35,586 nucleotides of DNA, from positions 72,961 through 108,546 of IMG/VR virus record IMGVR_UViG_3300033066_002009. One strand, written 5' to 3'. A program made the position numbers and the translations under genes. Shown here one piece after another: positions 1 to 9,126 of the stretch; positions within the stretch are counted from its first letter, which is position 1; each line of letters starts with the position of its first letter. The stretch comes from a virus. The notes beneath the pieces are model-generated. The model was not told where the DNA came from, did not search any database, and worked only from the letters and a program-made list of their open reading frames with translations.

Positions 1-1997
1 GCCGTGTCGTTTCCGTTGTTAACAATCTGGAGACGATTGTCGGACAACACACTCGCTACCGTGTACTTGAGCAGTGTCCCAGTTTCGTAATCAGGACTCG
101 CGTCGTTGGGGGCCTGTGGGATTTCAAGGACGTCTCCGGCCTTCACACCGGACTGGATGAACGTGGCGTTAGCGTCCTTGAGGATGAGGAACAGGTCGTC
201 AAGCGCGCCGGATACCGCGGAAACTACTGCCGTAGATGCAATAATTTCCGCGCCTGCCGCGTTCCTTACTTTGATAGTTACGTTGGCGGTGGCGGCAGCT
301 GGAATCGTCTCAGCCACTTCAACAACCGTTTCGCTACGTAGATGCACAACGGTGTAAGTCCCGTTGCGGCTGACGCCGTTGACGTCCGCAGATACCTCGA
401 TTGTGTAGCCCGGCTTTACACCGGCAGTTAGAAGCGTTTTAGCCGGGAACGTCCATAGGCGTGTACCCGCCGGGGCAGACGCAGAAAGCTGGATGGTGTA
501 GCCTGTTACGGATGGTCCAGCCACCACTGAGGTGGTGATGAGCGACCCGGAGCCGATGACTACACGGAAGCGCTGAGGCCGCCCCTTCGATTCGTCGGGA
601 AGTGCAAGACCGACGCAATCGGCGTTCCACATGGCAATTACACCAGTGGTGTCGGTTGACAGCGGTACGATGGCGTAAACATCATCCCTGCTCGAGATGG
701 TGTCACGACATGCTTCGTGCCCCGCGAGATTGTCAGACGGAACGCCGAAGAATTGTACCGGTGTTGTAGTGTTCGCTAGTGCAACGCTGAGGCCGACTGC
801 AAGGGGGTTTCGAGCGTCGATCCGTCCAACCTTCGCCGAGATATCGGTCGACGAGGTAACAGTGTCCAGGTTCTGCAAGTCTTGCCGCAGTGCGCGATAC
901 GCCACGTACACGCGCGCATAGCTTACGGTCTTCGCTGCACCGTTTGCCGAAAGTGTAACGCTTCCGGCGATGCTAACTGCGTTGCTAGACACTGTTACAA
1001 AACTAGCGTCTACGAGCTGATCCACTAGCTTGCGTTCGATACGCCATTCGTAGCCAGTGCCCGTTGCAACGAATCCGCCTTCCGCCGTAACATCAGACGT
1101 GAGCTGGAGTTCAGTGTCGCTGACCACCGAGAGTACAGTGCGAACAATTGTGTGGGCCGCACCATCAGTGATGATCAGTCGATCGCCCGGGAGAACCTTT
1201 GTAGCTCCCGTAGCCATCGTACCTGCTGCCGAGCCAACAACAGCATCGGCGCCGTCATGAAACGCCGTTGTTCCGAAATGTGCGCCGAGGTCCAGGACCG
1301 TAGCGCCAGTTCCTGGCGAACTGACATGGATGACAGCGGCAACAGGGCCGGCTGCGGCAATGGCGGCATTTGCATTCGTTACGGTGCAAGCAGCATCGCC
1401 TGCCTTGTAGGTTACCGTAATAGCGGTGCCTACAATGGTTGCTACGGGCGGGGTTGTAACACCATCGTTAACGAGGGCGATGGTGTAACTGTTCCCTGCG
1501 GCGCCGGCAACCAGTACTTCAAGCGTTGCGTCCCACTTTCCGTTAGTTCCTGCCGGGTCTACGCCGCAATCAACAGACGCCTTTACCGCGGCAGACGAGT
1601 TTACGAGAGGGAAATCAACGATGCTAGAGTCCAGCGTTGTCGACGCGTTACCTAGTGTGGTGCGTGAGTCGATGATGACCCGCGCCTGGTCGAAATAGAC
1701 CTTTACACTATCCGTGTCGAGCAAAGCTCCGGCGACGTTGTTCGGCGGCTCCAAGGCCACAACGGCGTCGGCGCCTGTAGGAGTCGCAGCGTCGGCTGGC
1801 GTGGCTTCTAGCGCGCCATAGTCGTCACTGAGGCGGATATCGGCCTTGTCGGTTGACCCAGTCCCGTTGACGTCCAGGTAATCCTGGAGCCAATATGCAG
1901 GCCCAACGACAAGGCAATTGAGGTCAGGCGATACCGACGTGAACGTCGGGGTCGCAAATTCCTGATATACAAGTACTACGGGCCGGATTAGCGCCAT
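1..1997 (-). CDS. Tail-fibre-like/structural protein. The N-terminus is at 1997 and the frame is open to position 1, so the C-terminus lies outside the window (>660 codons).
   Basis: Hand translation of the minus strand shows an ATG at 1997 preceded by GGAGAG. I see no in-frame stop down to position 1. The product is T/V/A/G-rich and beta-like (MALIRPVVLVYQEF...TVTYKAGDAACTVTNANAA...). It is absent from the ORF track only because it has no stop inside the window. Confidence 0.55.
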   Translation of the reverse strand, partial: MALIRPVVLVYQEFATPTFTSVSPDLNCLVVGPAYWLQDYLDVNGTGSTDKADIRLSDDYGALEATPADAATPTGADAVVALEPPNNVAGALLDTDSVKVYFDQARVIIDSRTTLGNASTTLDSSIVDFPLVNSSAAVKASVDCGVDPAGTNGKWDATLEVLVAGAAGNSYTIALVNDGVTTPPVATIVGTAITVTYKAGDAACTVTNANAAIAAAGPVAAVIHVSSPGTGATVLDLGAHFGTTAFHDGADAVVGSAAGTMATGATKVLPGDRLIITDGAAHTIVRTVLSVVSDTELQLTSDVTAEGGFVATGTGYEWRIERKLVDQLVDASFVTVSSNAVSIAGSVTLSANGAAKTVSYARVYVAYRALRQDLQNLDTVTSSTDISAKVGRIDARNPLAVGLSVALANTTTPVQFFGVPSDNLAGHEACRDTISSRDDVYAIVPLSTDTTGVIAMWNADCVGLALPDESKGRPQRFRVVIGSGSLITTSVVAGPSVTGYTIQLSASAPAGTRLWTFPAKTLLTAGVKPGYTIEVSADVNGVSRNGTYTVVHLRSETVVEVAETIPAAATANVTIKVRNAAGAEIIASTAVVSAVSGALDDLFLILKDANATFIQSGVKAGDVLEIPQAPNDASPDYETGTLLKYTVASVLSDNRLQIVNNGNDT

Positions 1998-2082
1998 TGT
2001 GCTCTCCAGCGGCGGGGGGACCCAGCCGATGCTTTGCGCGTTATTATAGGCTAGCCCCGCAGCGCGTCCCCACAAGGACGCG

Positions 2083-2775
2083 TTACGGCGATCTTAGCGC
2101 GATTTCTTGAAAGTAATCCGTCGCTGAGCCAGTACCTGACGCTTTGAATTCGGAGAGAATCTCGCGAATGATGGGTGTCGTAGGGGCGTTTGACCAGCGT
2201 GTAGGGATTTGAATGCTAAACGTCACGGCTGTAATCCACTGCCCTTTGTCGCGTTCATAGGGCTGCGTACGCCCTAGGTTGACGGGGGTCATCTCATGTA
2301 GCCCGAATTGCGCTTGGATCAAATCACTAGAGGCGTGCAGGAACATTTGAAGCAGATCCGCGATGATCATGCTCTCGCCTTTTTTAGCCGCAACACACTC
2401 AATTAAGATCGGGACTGTATTAAGACCCCAAAACCCTTTTTGACCGGTCGCAAGATTCTGGCCGACGAAGTCACCTGTTACCGTTCGTCCAATGGCGGAT
2501 TCGTCTTTATCGACGTAAATGGCGGGACGAAAATTCCGATGCGCATCGTCCTCATTGTAGGCGCTTTCGATGGCGATCTTAGTTTTCTTAATATCCCCGT
2601 CATAGAACCACGGCATGCCGTAACTGCGGTCAAATCGCCCACGAATCATTTCTACAAAAAGGCCGATAACGGCCAACGGAGACCCCGGGCGAATAATTGC
2701 GAGCTGGTCCCCGATAGGCGCAGGCCCCTGGGGGTTTGGTACCAAAAGAGGTTCTGGTGCGAGGGTCTCGGCCAT
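2083..2775 (-). CDS. Hypothetical virion/tail-associated protein (230 aa)
   Basis: Long ORF in the leftward operon with coding-like codon usage. A hairpin and a TATAAT-like element lie downstream of its stop, before the next gene. Confidence 0.6.
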   Translation of the reverse strand: MAETLAPEPLLVPNPQGPAPIGDQLAIIRPGSPLAVIGLFVEMIRGRFDRSYGMPWFYDGDIKKTKIAIESAYNEDDAHRNFRPAIYVDKDESAIGRTVTGDFVGQNLATGQKGFWGLNTVPILIECVAAKKGESMIIADLLQMFLHASSDLIQAQFGLHEMTPVNLGRTQPYERDKGQWITAVTFSIQIPTRWSNAPTTPIIREILSEFKASGTGSATDYFQEIALRSP

Positions 2776-2778
2776 GGC

Positions 2779-3618
2779 TTAGTATAGTGATGGGGTCGTG
2801 TTTGGGTCTACCAGAATTCCGTACTCTGCCGCACTCCGTGTAATCAGCGAGCACGCCAGTTTCTGGTGAACCATCACTGATTTTAAGGTTGTTGACGAAA
2901 CGGTTTTTACAAACCAGCGCTCATTTTGTCTAAGGTCAACAAGGACATCACCATACTCTAGGTGTGGATAGTCCATGACCGTAAACGCTGTAACCTTCAT
3001 GTCGGATTCACCGTGCCCCGTAACTTGAGTTTGAACGGGTGCAGGCTCTTCACGGCCTCTAATCGAAATTGGCGGCCAGAAACCACCAACAAACGTAGTT
3101 CCAAAACAACTTTCGCAATGTTCCAATGTCCCGTCTTTTGTTGTCGGGTCCCAGCAAACAGGGCAGCGGGTACCCCATCGCATTTTTTTCAGGACAACTA
3201 ATTCAATTCCGTTGAGTACTTTTAGGCCAGTGCCCAGGTCTCGTAGCATTTTCCGCTTAAGGAGGCGGGTGCGCATGTCGAGACCCGGCTCGATCGCGCG
3301 AGCAGGGCTTACCACGACTGCGCTTGAAGGCAGTATTGCGGTTACTCGATAATAAACTTGACGGCTTAACGCGAACAGATTGGTACCTTCTTTTACCGAC
3401 GCCAAGTCTGTCACGGCTGGGCTGTTGAAGTCGTTGTCTAGATAGTTGTAGGCGTTCGTTAAACCGGAAGCTACGGTTTCCCAATCACCGTCAGGGGCTC
3501 CCGCACGTTCCACCGTTACAGTGATGGAGCCGGATTCATCGCTTACGATGTCCCATTGAACAAAAACGGCGTCAGGGTAAAGCGCCGTCGTTCGCGTGAT
3601 TTCTACCGACGTGCTCAT
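2779..3618 (-). CDS. Hypothetical structural protein with a CxxC-x12-CxxC zinc-ribbon (279 aa)
   Basis: Contains RCPVCWDPTTKDGTLEHCESC. Overlaps both neighbours by 4 nt, which fits operon coupling. Confidence 0.6.
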   Translation of the reverse strand: MSTSVEITRTTALYPDAVFVQWDIVSDESGSITVTVERAGAPDGDWETVASGLTNAYNYLDNDFNSPAVTDLASVKEGTNLFALSRQVYYRVTAILPSSAVVVSPARAIEPGLDMRTRLLKRKMLRDLGTGLKVLNGIELVVLKKMRWGTRCPVCWDPTTKDGTLEHCESCFGTTFVGGFWPPISIRGREEPAPVQTQVTGHGESDMKVTAFTVMDYPHLEYGDVLVDLRQNERWFVKTVSSTTLKSVMVHQKLACSLITRSAAEYGILVDPNTTPSLY

Positions 3619-4757
3619 GCGAACGGGTAAGGGCCGTCCATGGCCCCCGACATGTCATTTTCGATGTTCACCGAATCTGTATTTCCGGTGGAATCGAATG
3701 CCCGCCACGCCGACATTGGGGTTTGAGGCCCGGCGCCTAATGGAGGGCTTTTCCGTTGAGACCGTTCTGCGTAAGGGTTTCGAGTTGTCGGACCTGCCCC
3801 GTCGACGATAACGCCTGCACGCCCGAAGCTATCCATTAACGACGCACCGATCTTTTGGCCGTGCGCCTGCATGATCTGGGCGATTTGCGCCTGAGACAGA
3901 CCGGGGAACATGTTTGGATGGACGGCGCCTAGGTTTGGATTGGTGTTGTGTACAGGTCCGCCGTGGATGTTTGAAACGCTTCCAGGCGCCACGGTCTTTC
4001 CGTAAGCTTCTGCGCCGTGAGGATTCATGCGCGGTGCTGGCGAAGGCATCGCCATCCTGCCATTCGGCATACGTCGCGCCATCAATTGCTCAGACATAGC
4101 CTTCCAAGCTTGGTCTTCTGACAAGCCGCTAGCCATGTGGTCAAGCAACGTCATCGGCTTCGCCGACACGGCTCGGAGCATACCTGGCAATGCGTTAATG
4201 CCCGAAACTTTTGCCAGCCCGCCGGTGTTCTGATCAGACTGATTCGCTAGATATTTGTCATCTGCGTTTGCGAGCTGGCTAAACGCGCTAGAGGCTTGGA
4301 TGCCCGGAGGAAGCGTAGAACGCGCACGACTCAGGGCACTGTCAGCTACCGTTGCACTGTGATAGTACGGACTAAGGTGGCTGTCTCCTTTCGACGAAAG
4401 GGAGTCTCTACCGTCTCCGTACATTCCTTGGTTGAAGCCCGCCATTTTTTTTCCGGGCGGCGGCGTTTTCACAGGGCGTGAACAAGCGCCGTAGTGTTTT
4501 GACCTACGACACGTCGTACATAGTTCTTCCGCTAGTTTCCGCGGCTGTGCTACAGCCCCTTGTTGAAGTGAATCGATAGCAGACTCGGTTAACCCCGGTT
4601 TCATAGAGGTTTCCATAGCCTTCGTCGCTTCCGAAGCCGCTCCACCTAGGAGTGGCGACGTCTTTGCTGTTGGGTGTAGACCCCCCAGTGCGACTGACAC
4701 CTTGAAACGGGAGAGGCCCACGATCATGCCCCTCTCGTAAGATTTAACTAGGGTCAT
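3615..4757 (-). CDS. Disordered (G/A/P/M-rich) protein carrying the shared N-terminal motif (380 aa)
   Basis: N-terminus is MTLVKSYERGMIVGLSRFKVSVAL. ATGA overlap with the upstream gene. The rest is low-complexity. Confidence 0.6.
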   Translation of the reverse strand: MTLVKSYERGMIVGLSRFKVSVALGGLHPTAKTSPLLGGAASEATKAMETSMKPGLTESAIDSLQQGAVAQPRKLAEELCTTCRRSKHYGACSRPVKTPPPGKKMAGFNQGMYGDGRDSLSSKGDSHLSPYYHSATVADSALSRARSTLPPGIQASSAFSQLANADDKYLANQSDQNTGGLAKVSGINALPGMLRAVSAKPMTLLDHMASGLSEDQAWKAMSEQLMARRMPNGRMAMPSPAPRMNPHGAEAYGKTVAPGSVSNIHGGPVHNTNPNLGAVHPNMFPGLSQAQIAQIMQAHGQKIGASLMDSFGRAGVIVDGAGPTTRNPYAERSQRKSPPLGAGPQTPMSAWRAFDSTGNTDSVNIENDMSGAMDGPYPFA

Positions 4758-5143
4758 GGAGCCACCGATCCAGGGTTTCCAGTATCCGAGGTTGCAAAGT
4801 TACTATCATTCGCGGTGAACGCTCGGGCAATCGTACTACGTTGCCGTACGCCAGCGTCGGCGGGGTCTCCCCTGACAGCCCCGGCCCCGCCAGTAAATCC
4901 GGCGCCCGCCATGCCTTCCTGTGCTGCCATTTTACCGATTGACGGCAGTTTCATGCTGGCTGACGCGGTGAGCGGATTTTTAGGTATGGCGGCGCCCATA
5001 CCCGACGTAGCCGGGGCTTTAGGCATACTGGCAGGGGGCGGTAGGCCCTGAGTGTTGATTCCGACGCCCTTAAGCGACGGGGCCGCCAGACCAAACTTAC
5101 TTAGGACGTCTACTGCGGCCGCCTCATAGGAGTTCCGCAGCAC
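4754..5143 (-). CDS. G/A-rich small protein with the shared N-terminal motif (129 aa)
   Basis: N-terminus is MLRNSYEAAAVDVLSKFGLAAPSL. Confidence 0.5.
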   Translation of the reverse strand: MLRNSYEAAAVDVLSKFGLAAPSLKGVGINTQGLPPPASMPKAPATSGMGAAIPKNPLTASASMKLPSIGKMAAQEGMAGAGFTGGAGAVRGDPADAGVRQRSTIARAFTANDSNFATSDTGNPGSVAP

Positions 5144-5146
5144 AGC

Positions 5147-5344
5147 TTACTTGCGGAGCTTAGCCGCCAGTGAAGACAGTGAAGACGGGTCTACTGTTGC
5201 GGCCTTCTCAGCGGGGGCGGGCGGCGCGTCAAATAGCCCAAGTTCCGCCGCGGCCTTCTCAACTTCTTCGGCGCTTCCGTAGCCATAGTGCTTGAGAGCC
5301 GCGTTTACACCGCGCTGGTGAGCGATTTCAATCGGAGTTGCCAT
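5147..5344 (-). CDS. Small protein (65 aa) with a diverged copy of the N-terminal motif
   Basis: Carries ...AHQRGVNAALKHYGYGSA. Confidence 0.4.
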   Translation of the reverse strand: MATPIEIAHQRGVNAALKHYGYGSAEEVEKAAAELGLFDAPPAPAEKAATVDPSSLSSLAAKLRK

Positions 5345-5356
5345 TGTCTTACTCTC

Positions 5357-5641
5357 CTATCCAAAGTTCTGTTCACTATAACCGCCAGCCAATCCTGGGG
5401 CTAGATGATCGATGTCTGAAAGATTCCAAAGGTCATCGACAGCGCCCTTGGCCTTTGCTTGAGCGGCCGGGTCTGTCGGGCTCATTGACGGCCTTCCAGC
5501 GTACGGAATCAACGCCGTTCCACTGGAAAGTGTATCACCCGGCGGCTGGACGCCATGGCGGGCACCGAGCACGGCGTCAGCCATTTTATAGCGTACCAGA
5601 GCTGTCATAGCCCCTGTATTATAGGCTTGATTGAGCGTCAT
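5357..5641 (-). CDS. Small protein with the shared N-terminal motif (94 aa)
   Basis: N-terminus is MTLNQAYNTGAMTALVRYKMADAV. ATGA overlap with the upstream gene. Confidence 0.5.
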   Translation of the reverse strand: MTLNQAYNTGAMTALVRYKMADAVLGARHGVQPPGDTLSSGTALIPYAGRPSMSPTDPAAQAKAKGAVDDLWNLSDIDHLAPGLAGGYSEQNFG

Positions 5642-6108
5642 CGATTGAACCTTGCAACGCTACGATATCCGGATCCGAGACTGTTGTACGCCGCTTCCAT
5701 GTTGTTCTGCGTCTTGATCCCGCGTACCAGCTCATCCCATTCTTCCTTGAGAAGGCGGGCAAGCTGGGCATACGCCGCTTGCTTGTCATCAATACCGATT
5801 GGCGCAATGTCTCCATCTTGATACGTCGCTTGGTTCCGGATCTGAAGGAACGTTTCCGACATCATCAAGAATCGACAAGTCCCAAGTAGGAGGACGTACT
5901 TGTTTGGAAACGTGGAGGCTGTAAAGCGCGTCTGAGGCGTAACGGCGTTGAACGCTTCCGCGGCCATCTCTGCCGCGAGGTTTAGCTCGCTGTCGGTGAA
6001 TTGAACGTTCGCCAGGAGGATGTTGTTCTCCGCCTTGTCACGGAGAAACATGCGCACTTGGTCATTGGTAACGACAACTGGAGTCGTTGGAGTGCCGGTG
6101 ACAGGCAT
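5638..6108 (-). CDS. Hypothetical protein (156 aa)
   Basis: ORF in the operon, overlap-coupled to both neighbours. Confidence 0.55.
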   Translation of the reverse strand: MPVTGTPTTPVVVTNDQVRMFLRDKAENNILLANVQFTDSELNLAAEMAAEAFNAVTPQTRFTASTFPNKYVLLLGTCRFLMMSETFLQIRNQATYQDGDIAPIGIDDKQAAYAQLARLLKEEWDELVRGIKTQNNMEAAYNSLGSGYRSVARFNR

Positions 6109-7592
6109 TACTTGGTCTCCTGATTCTGCTGTTCCATAAGTGCCCTGAATTGCTGAATCAGTGATTCCTTGTCAGCACCAAGTTGCGCCAGGTACTCATC
6201 AACTGATTCTCCTGGCTTCTTCCAGCCCCAATTCTCGAGCGTTCCTTTTGGCGGCCGAGTTGCTAGGTATCGTTCAATCTTAACAGACCGCTCGTTTTCC
6301 GGAAGGCTGTCGTGGCTCTTAAAACGGATTCCACGCCCCTCTACCTGCTTGATCTTCTCTTCGTTCCAGTGCGGCTCAAGCATCTGCATTAGCCGCGTTC
6401 CCTTGAGGTCTAGGCCCTCGCCGCCCGCCGATGAAAGTAGTAGCGCCCGTAGCTTGCCCGCGTTGTAGTCCTTTACGAGCTGATCCCGCTCACCGTGCGG
6501 CATCTGACCTGTAAATTCGCCATATGGGATATTTGCTTCCTGTAGTCGCCGCTTGTATGGATTGATTCCGGCGTCTAGGAAGTTCGAATAGATTACGGCC
6601 CGCATGTTCGGGTTGGTTTTGATGCCTTGCTGCAGGTGGTTGAACGCTTCTTGAATTTTCGGCTCCTCGGGTGAGCCTTCAGAAATGTAGGGCCCCGTGG
6701 AGTTCGCGCTTTGACGAGCGCCTGACAAAAATGCGTTCAACTGTTTTGCTTCTCGCTTAGACGGAGGTAGGCCGTGCTTGACCTTGTAAGCGACCCACCA
6801 AGGCGCTTTGTGAAAGAGCGTGTCGTAAACATCGAGCTGCTCCGCTGACATCGGAACTTTAACGTCTTCCCGCTCAACAGTTGGGAAGCCTTCCGTCGAT
6901 CCCGGGTGAAAGTCGACCCACTTGTCGAAGACAGACTTTAGCTCTTTGGTCCGCTTCGGATTGATCTCTGGCCGGACACCCGGGTCCGCGCCAAGCAGGG
7001 ATCCGATAAAGCCAGGGGAGACTGGTTTGTCTACAATGTAGCGGCTGCTAAATACCGCGGGATCTAGGGGTAGTACGTTATCGTGCGCGGCAAGGTCGAC
7101 GAGTGCCGAGATGTCGGAAGGGTGGTTGTAAAACGGTGACGCGGTAAGCAGCAGACGCTTTCCTGCTTGAGATTTTGCCAGCGCCTGAAAGGTGGCCGAC
7201 GACGGATCCCTGGCGCGGTGTGCTTCGTCAACAATCGTAAGAGGCGTCTTGAAGGGCTTACCTTTCATGGCAACATCTTGCATTGAACGTACGTTCAATT
7301 GCTGTCCGCCTCGAATGTGGTTGTCTTGTTCCTTCTTTAGATTGGCCTTGAGAGCCGCTGGAACGATGGCCGTACCTGCCATGCCCAGATCATCCTGGGC
7401 GCCAAGAGCGGTTAGTGTCTTCCCTGATCCTAGTCCGTGGACGACGACCAATCCGGGTTGATCTGGTTGGCGAATACGGTCAGAGACACGAAGCTGGTGA
7501 GGCTTGCGTTCTGTTGTTACGTCGGCAAGCTTGACTAGCCCTAAACGAGATAGGCTAGCCGCGTATCCGTCGTTGTACGAGGCGCGAAGCAT
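6108..7592 (-). CDS. SNF2/DEAH-box superfamily-2 ATPase/helicase with the shared N-terminal motif (494 aa)
   Basis: Walker A GLGSGKT, DEAH box VDEAHR, motif III LLLTASP, and helicase-C motifs SAGGEGLDL and QVEGRGIR. N-terminus is MLRASYNDGYAASLSRLGLVKLAD. Confidence 0.75.
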   Translation of the reverse strand: MLRASYNDGYAASLSRLGLVKLADVTTERKPHQLRVSDRIRQPDQPGLVVVHGLGSGKTLTALGAQDDLGMAGTAIVPAALKANLKKEQDNHIRGGQQLNVRSMQDVAMKGKPFKTPLTIVDEAHRARDPSSATFQALAKSQAGKRLLLTASPFYNHPSDISALVDLAAHDNVLPLDPAVFSSRYIVDKPVSPGFIGSLLGADPGVRPEINPKRTKELKSVFDKWVDFHPGSTEGFPTVEREDVKVPMSAEQLDVYDTLFHKAPWWVAYKVKHGLPPSKREAKQLNAFLSGARQSANSTGPYISEGSPEEPKIQEAFNHLQQGIKTNPNMRAVIYSNFLDAGINPYKRRLQEANIPYGEFTGQMPHGERDQLVKDYNAGKLRALLLSSAGGEGLDLKGTRLMQMLEPHWNEEKIKQVEGRGIRFKSHDSLPENERSVKIERYLATRPPKGTLENWGWKKPGESVDEYLAQLGADKESLIQQFRALMEQQNQETK

Positions 7593-7604
7593 CCCCCGAC
7601 AACA

Positions 7605-8051
7605 TCACTTGTACATGGAGCGTTCAAGGTGCCCGACAACCCTGGCGACCTGCGCGCCACCTCCGGCCGAGGTAACCAATTTTAGCCCCTGATTGGTGAG
7701 AAGCGTCATTCGGAATGACGCGCCGTCTAGGTGTACATAAAGAACACCAGTTTGCGCATTAATGAGTATGGTCTCTGCCGTAATCTCGGCGCCATTTGCG
7801 TCTAGGTTCACTAGATATAGACTTACGTCGCTTGCTGCGCCTAGTGAGACACTGAATTCGGTTACAAGTACGGGCTCTCCGGTTTGCCACTTGAACAAAC
7901 CGCCACCGTTTCCACCGGGAACCGGGTATTTGTACGTACCATTAGCAAATGTCGGTGTCCCGCTTGGCGCTGCCCCTGTGAAGTGAGATGCGGCGGCTAC
8001 CCGCTGTTGGATTGCAGTTGAGATCGAACCTGAGTCAAGAGTTACGGCCAT
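7605..8051 (-). CDS. Hypothetical beta-rich virion protein (148 aa)
   Basis: ORF in the structural operon. Confidence 0.55.
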   Translation of the reverse strand: MAVTLDSGSISTAIQQRVAAASHFTGAAPSGTPTFANGTYKYPVPGGNGGGLFKWQTGEPVLVTEFSVSLGAASDVSLYLVNLDANGAEITAETILINAQTGVLYVHLDGASFRMTLLTNQGLKLVTSAGGGAQVARVVGHLERSMYK

Positions 8052-8058
8052 GTGCTCC

Positions 8059-8340
8059 TCATGCGATTACTTCCCGTGTATCCGGGCCGTAGTAGTTTGG
8101 TAATTCAAATCGGATTGTGTACGTAAATCCAGGTTCTACCAATGCTGCGTCTTGCCAACGCCCATCCGCCTTCGTCATTGTAAACGCTACAGGTGTCCCC
8201 AAGTTCCGAGCGTCATAGTCGGACTTGCGATAGATGCGCACCTGAGCACCTGAGATGGGGCTTCCACCCGGTGTCAGGTATCGCAGAGCGTCGATCGACC
8301 CGTAGTCGTGGTCGATTTGTACGGTGTTGGTGAACGGCAT
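8059..8340 (-). CDS. Hypothetical small virion protein (93 aa)
   Basis: ORF in the operon. Confidence 0.5.
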   Translation of the reverse strand: MPFTNTVQIDHDYGSIDALRYLTPGGSPISGAQVRIYRKSDYDARNLGTPVAFTMTKADGRWQDAALVEPGFTYTIRFELPNYYGPDTREVIA

Positions 8341-8364
8341 TCCACCGTAATTATAGACTAGCCA

Positions 8365-8685
8365 TTATTTTTTTCTCGAGGTCTTTGGGTCCGTCGTACC
8401 CTTGACGCCTGCGTCAACGGGCTCTTTGGCAACCGTTGGTGGAGATTCTACGACAGGTTTTGGCACCACTACAATTGGTTGAACTGGCCGGCTATCGAGC
8501 CATGCGGGCGGTCCTGCCGTCATGAACTTGTTAACTAGTGGATGTGCAAGTACCGATTCACTGCATTCTCGCTCACACCCGGGCATGCCTTCTGGATAGA
8601 GTATGACACGAACGTCGTTGACATCCTTTACATCGTAAAGATCCATCATTCCGCGAGTTTTATTGACGAGGATAACGTTTCCCAA
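8365..8685 (-). CDS. Hypothetical protein with a P/V-rich C-terminal half (106 aa)
   Basis: First ORF downstream of the capsid-gene terminator. Confidence 0.5.
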   Translation of the reverse strand: MGNVILVNKTRGMMDLYDVKDVNDVRVILYPEGMPGCERECSESVLAHPLVNKFMTAGPPAWLDSRPVQPIVVVPKPVVESPPTVAKEPVDAGVKGTTDPKTSRKK

Positions 8686-8696
8686 GTTTAGCTCCT

Positions 8697-8725
8697 TTGC
8701 GGCATCTTATCACTTTTCATATTAG
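8697..8725 (+). promoter_or_regulatory. Sigma70-like promoter candidate for the opposite-strand cassette: TTGCGG, 17-nt spacer, TATTAG
   Basis: Read directly: -35-like box at 8697-8702 and -10-like box at 8720-8725. The fit to consensus is imperfect. Confidence 0.3.
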
Positions 8726-8747
8726 GTACAAGTATGTAGGAGGCCCC

Positions 8748-9122
8748 ATGCTGCCCGATTTCAACGAACTTGGAGTGTTCCAGAAGTTGCCTGCAGACGT
8801 GCAACATCAGATGGCCCTGATGTGGCGGGCATTCGAGCGGTCCCGCGGACCCGTCGTACGGTTCGTGATTGGGCATTATTTCAAGAAACATGTCTTCGCG
8901 GATGGAAGTAGATGCGCTGTTTGCGTCTGCCCGCCCCACAGGAACCCCGAGGACTGGGCGCAGCACCATGTCGACAGCTACTTCCTGGACCTGTTTGCGG
9001 AGCAGGACGACGGCATGTCCTCCTGCTTCGAGCAGTTCCCCTGGGAACACGCACAGTGGGAATATCGGAACCGAAGGTCGTTCGACGTCCACAAGACGGT
9101 GAGTGGTTGGACGACGTTTTGA
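8748..9122 (+). CDS. Opposite-strand accessory ORF, Cys/His-rich, function unknown (124 aa)
   Basis: Perfect SD AGGAGG lies 5 nt before the ATG at 8748. Contains CAVCVCPPH...HH. Ends 4 nt before the bidirectional terminator. This is the only rightward gene inside the leftward block. Confidence 0.55.
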   Translation: MLPDFNELGVFQKLPADVQHQMALMWRAFERSRGPVVRFVIGHYFKKHVFADGSRCAVCVCPPHRNPEDWAQHHVDSYFLDLFAEQDDGMSSCFEQFPWEHAQWEYRNRRSFDVHKTVSGWTTF

Positions 9123-9126
9123 ACAA

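Noticed and set aside
3387-3398. Minus-strand GGTAAAAGAAG match to the promoter-like motif
   Set aside because: It lies inside a coding region, lacks the TTGG/GAGAAT flanks, and a single extra 8-mer match is within chance expectation.
8688-9092. 134-aa minus-strand ORF overlapping the cassette
   Set aside because: The plus-strand partner has a perfect AGGAGG SD and its own promoter-like boxes and terminator. The minus ORF has no RBS, and its product looks compositionally random.
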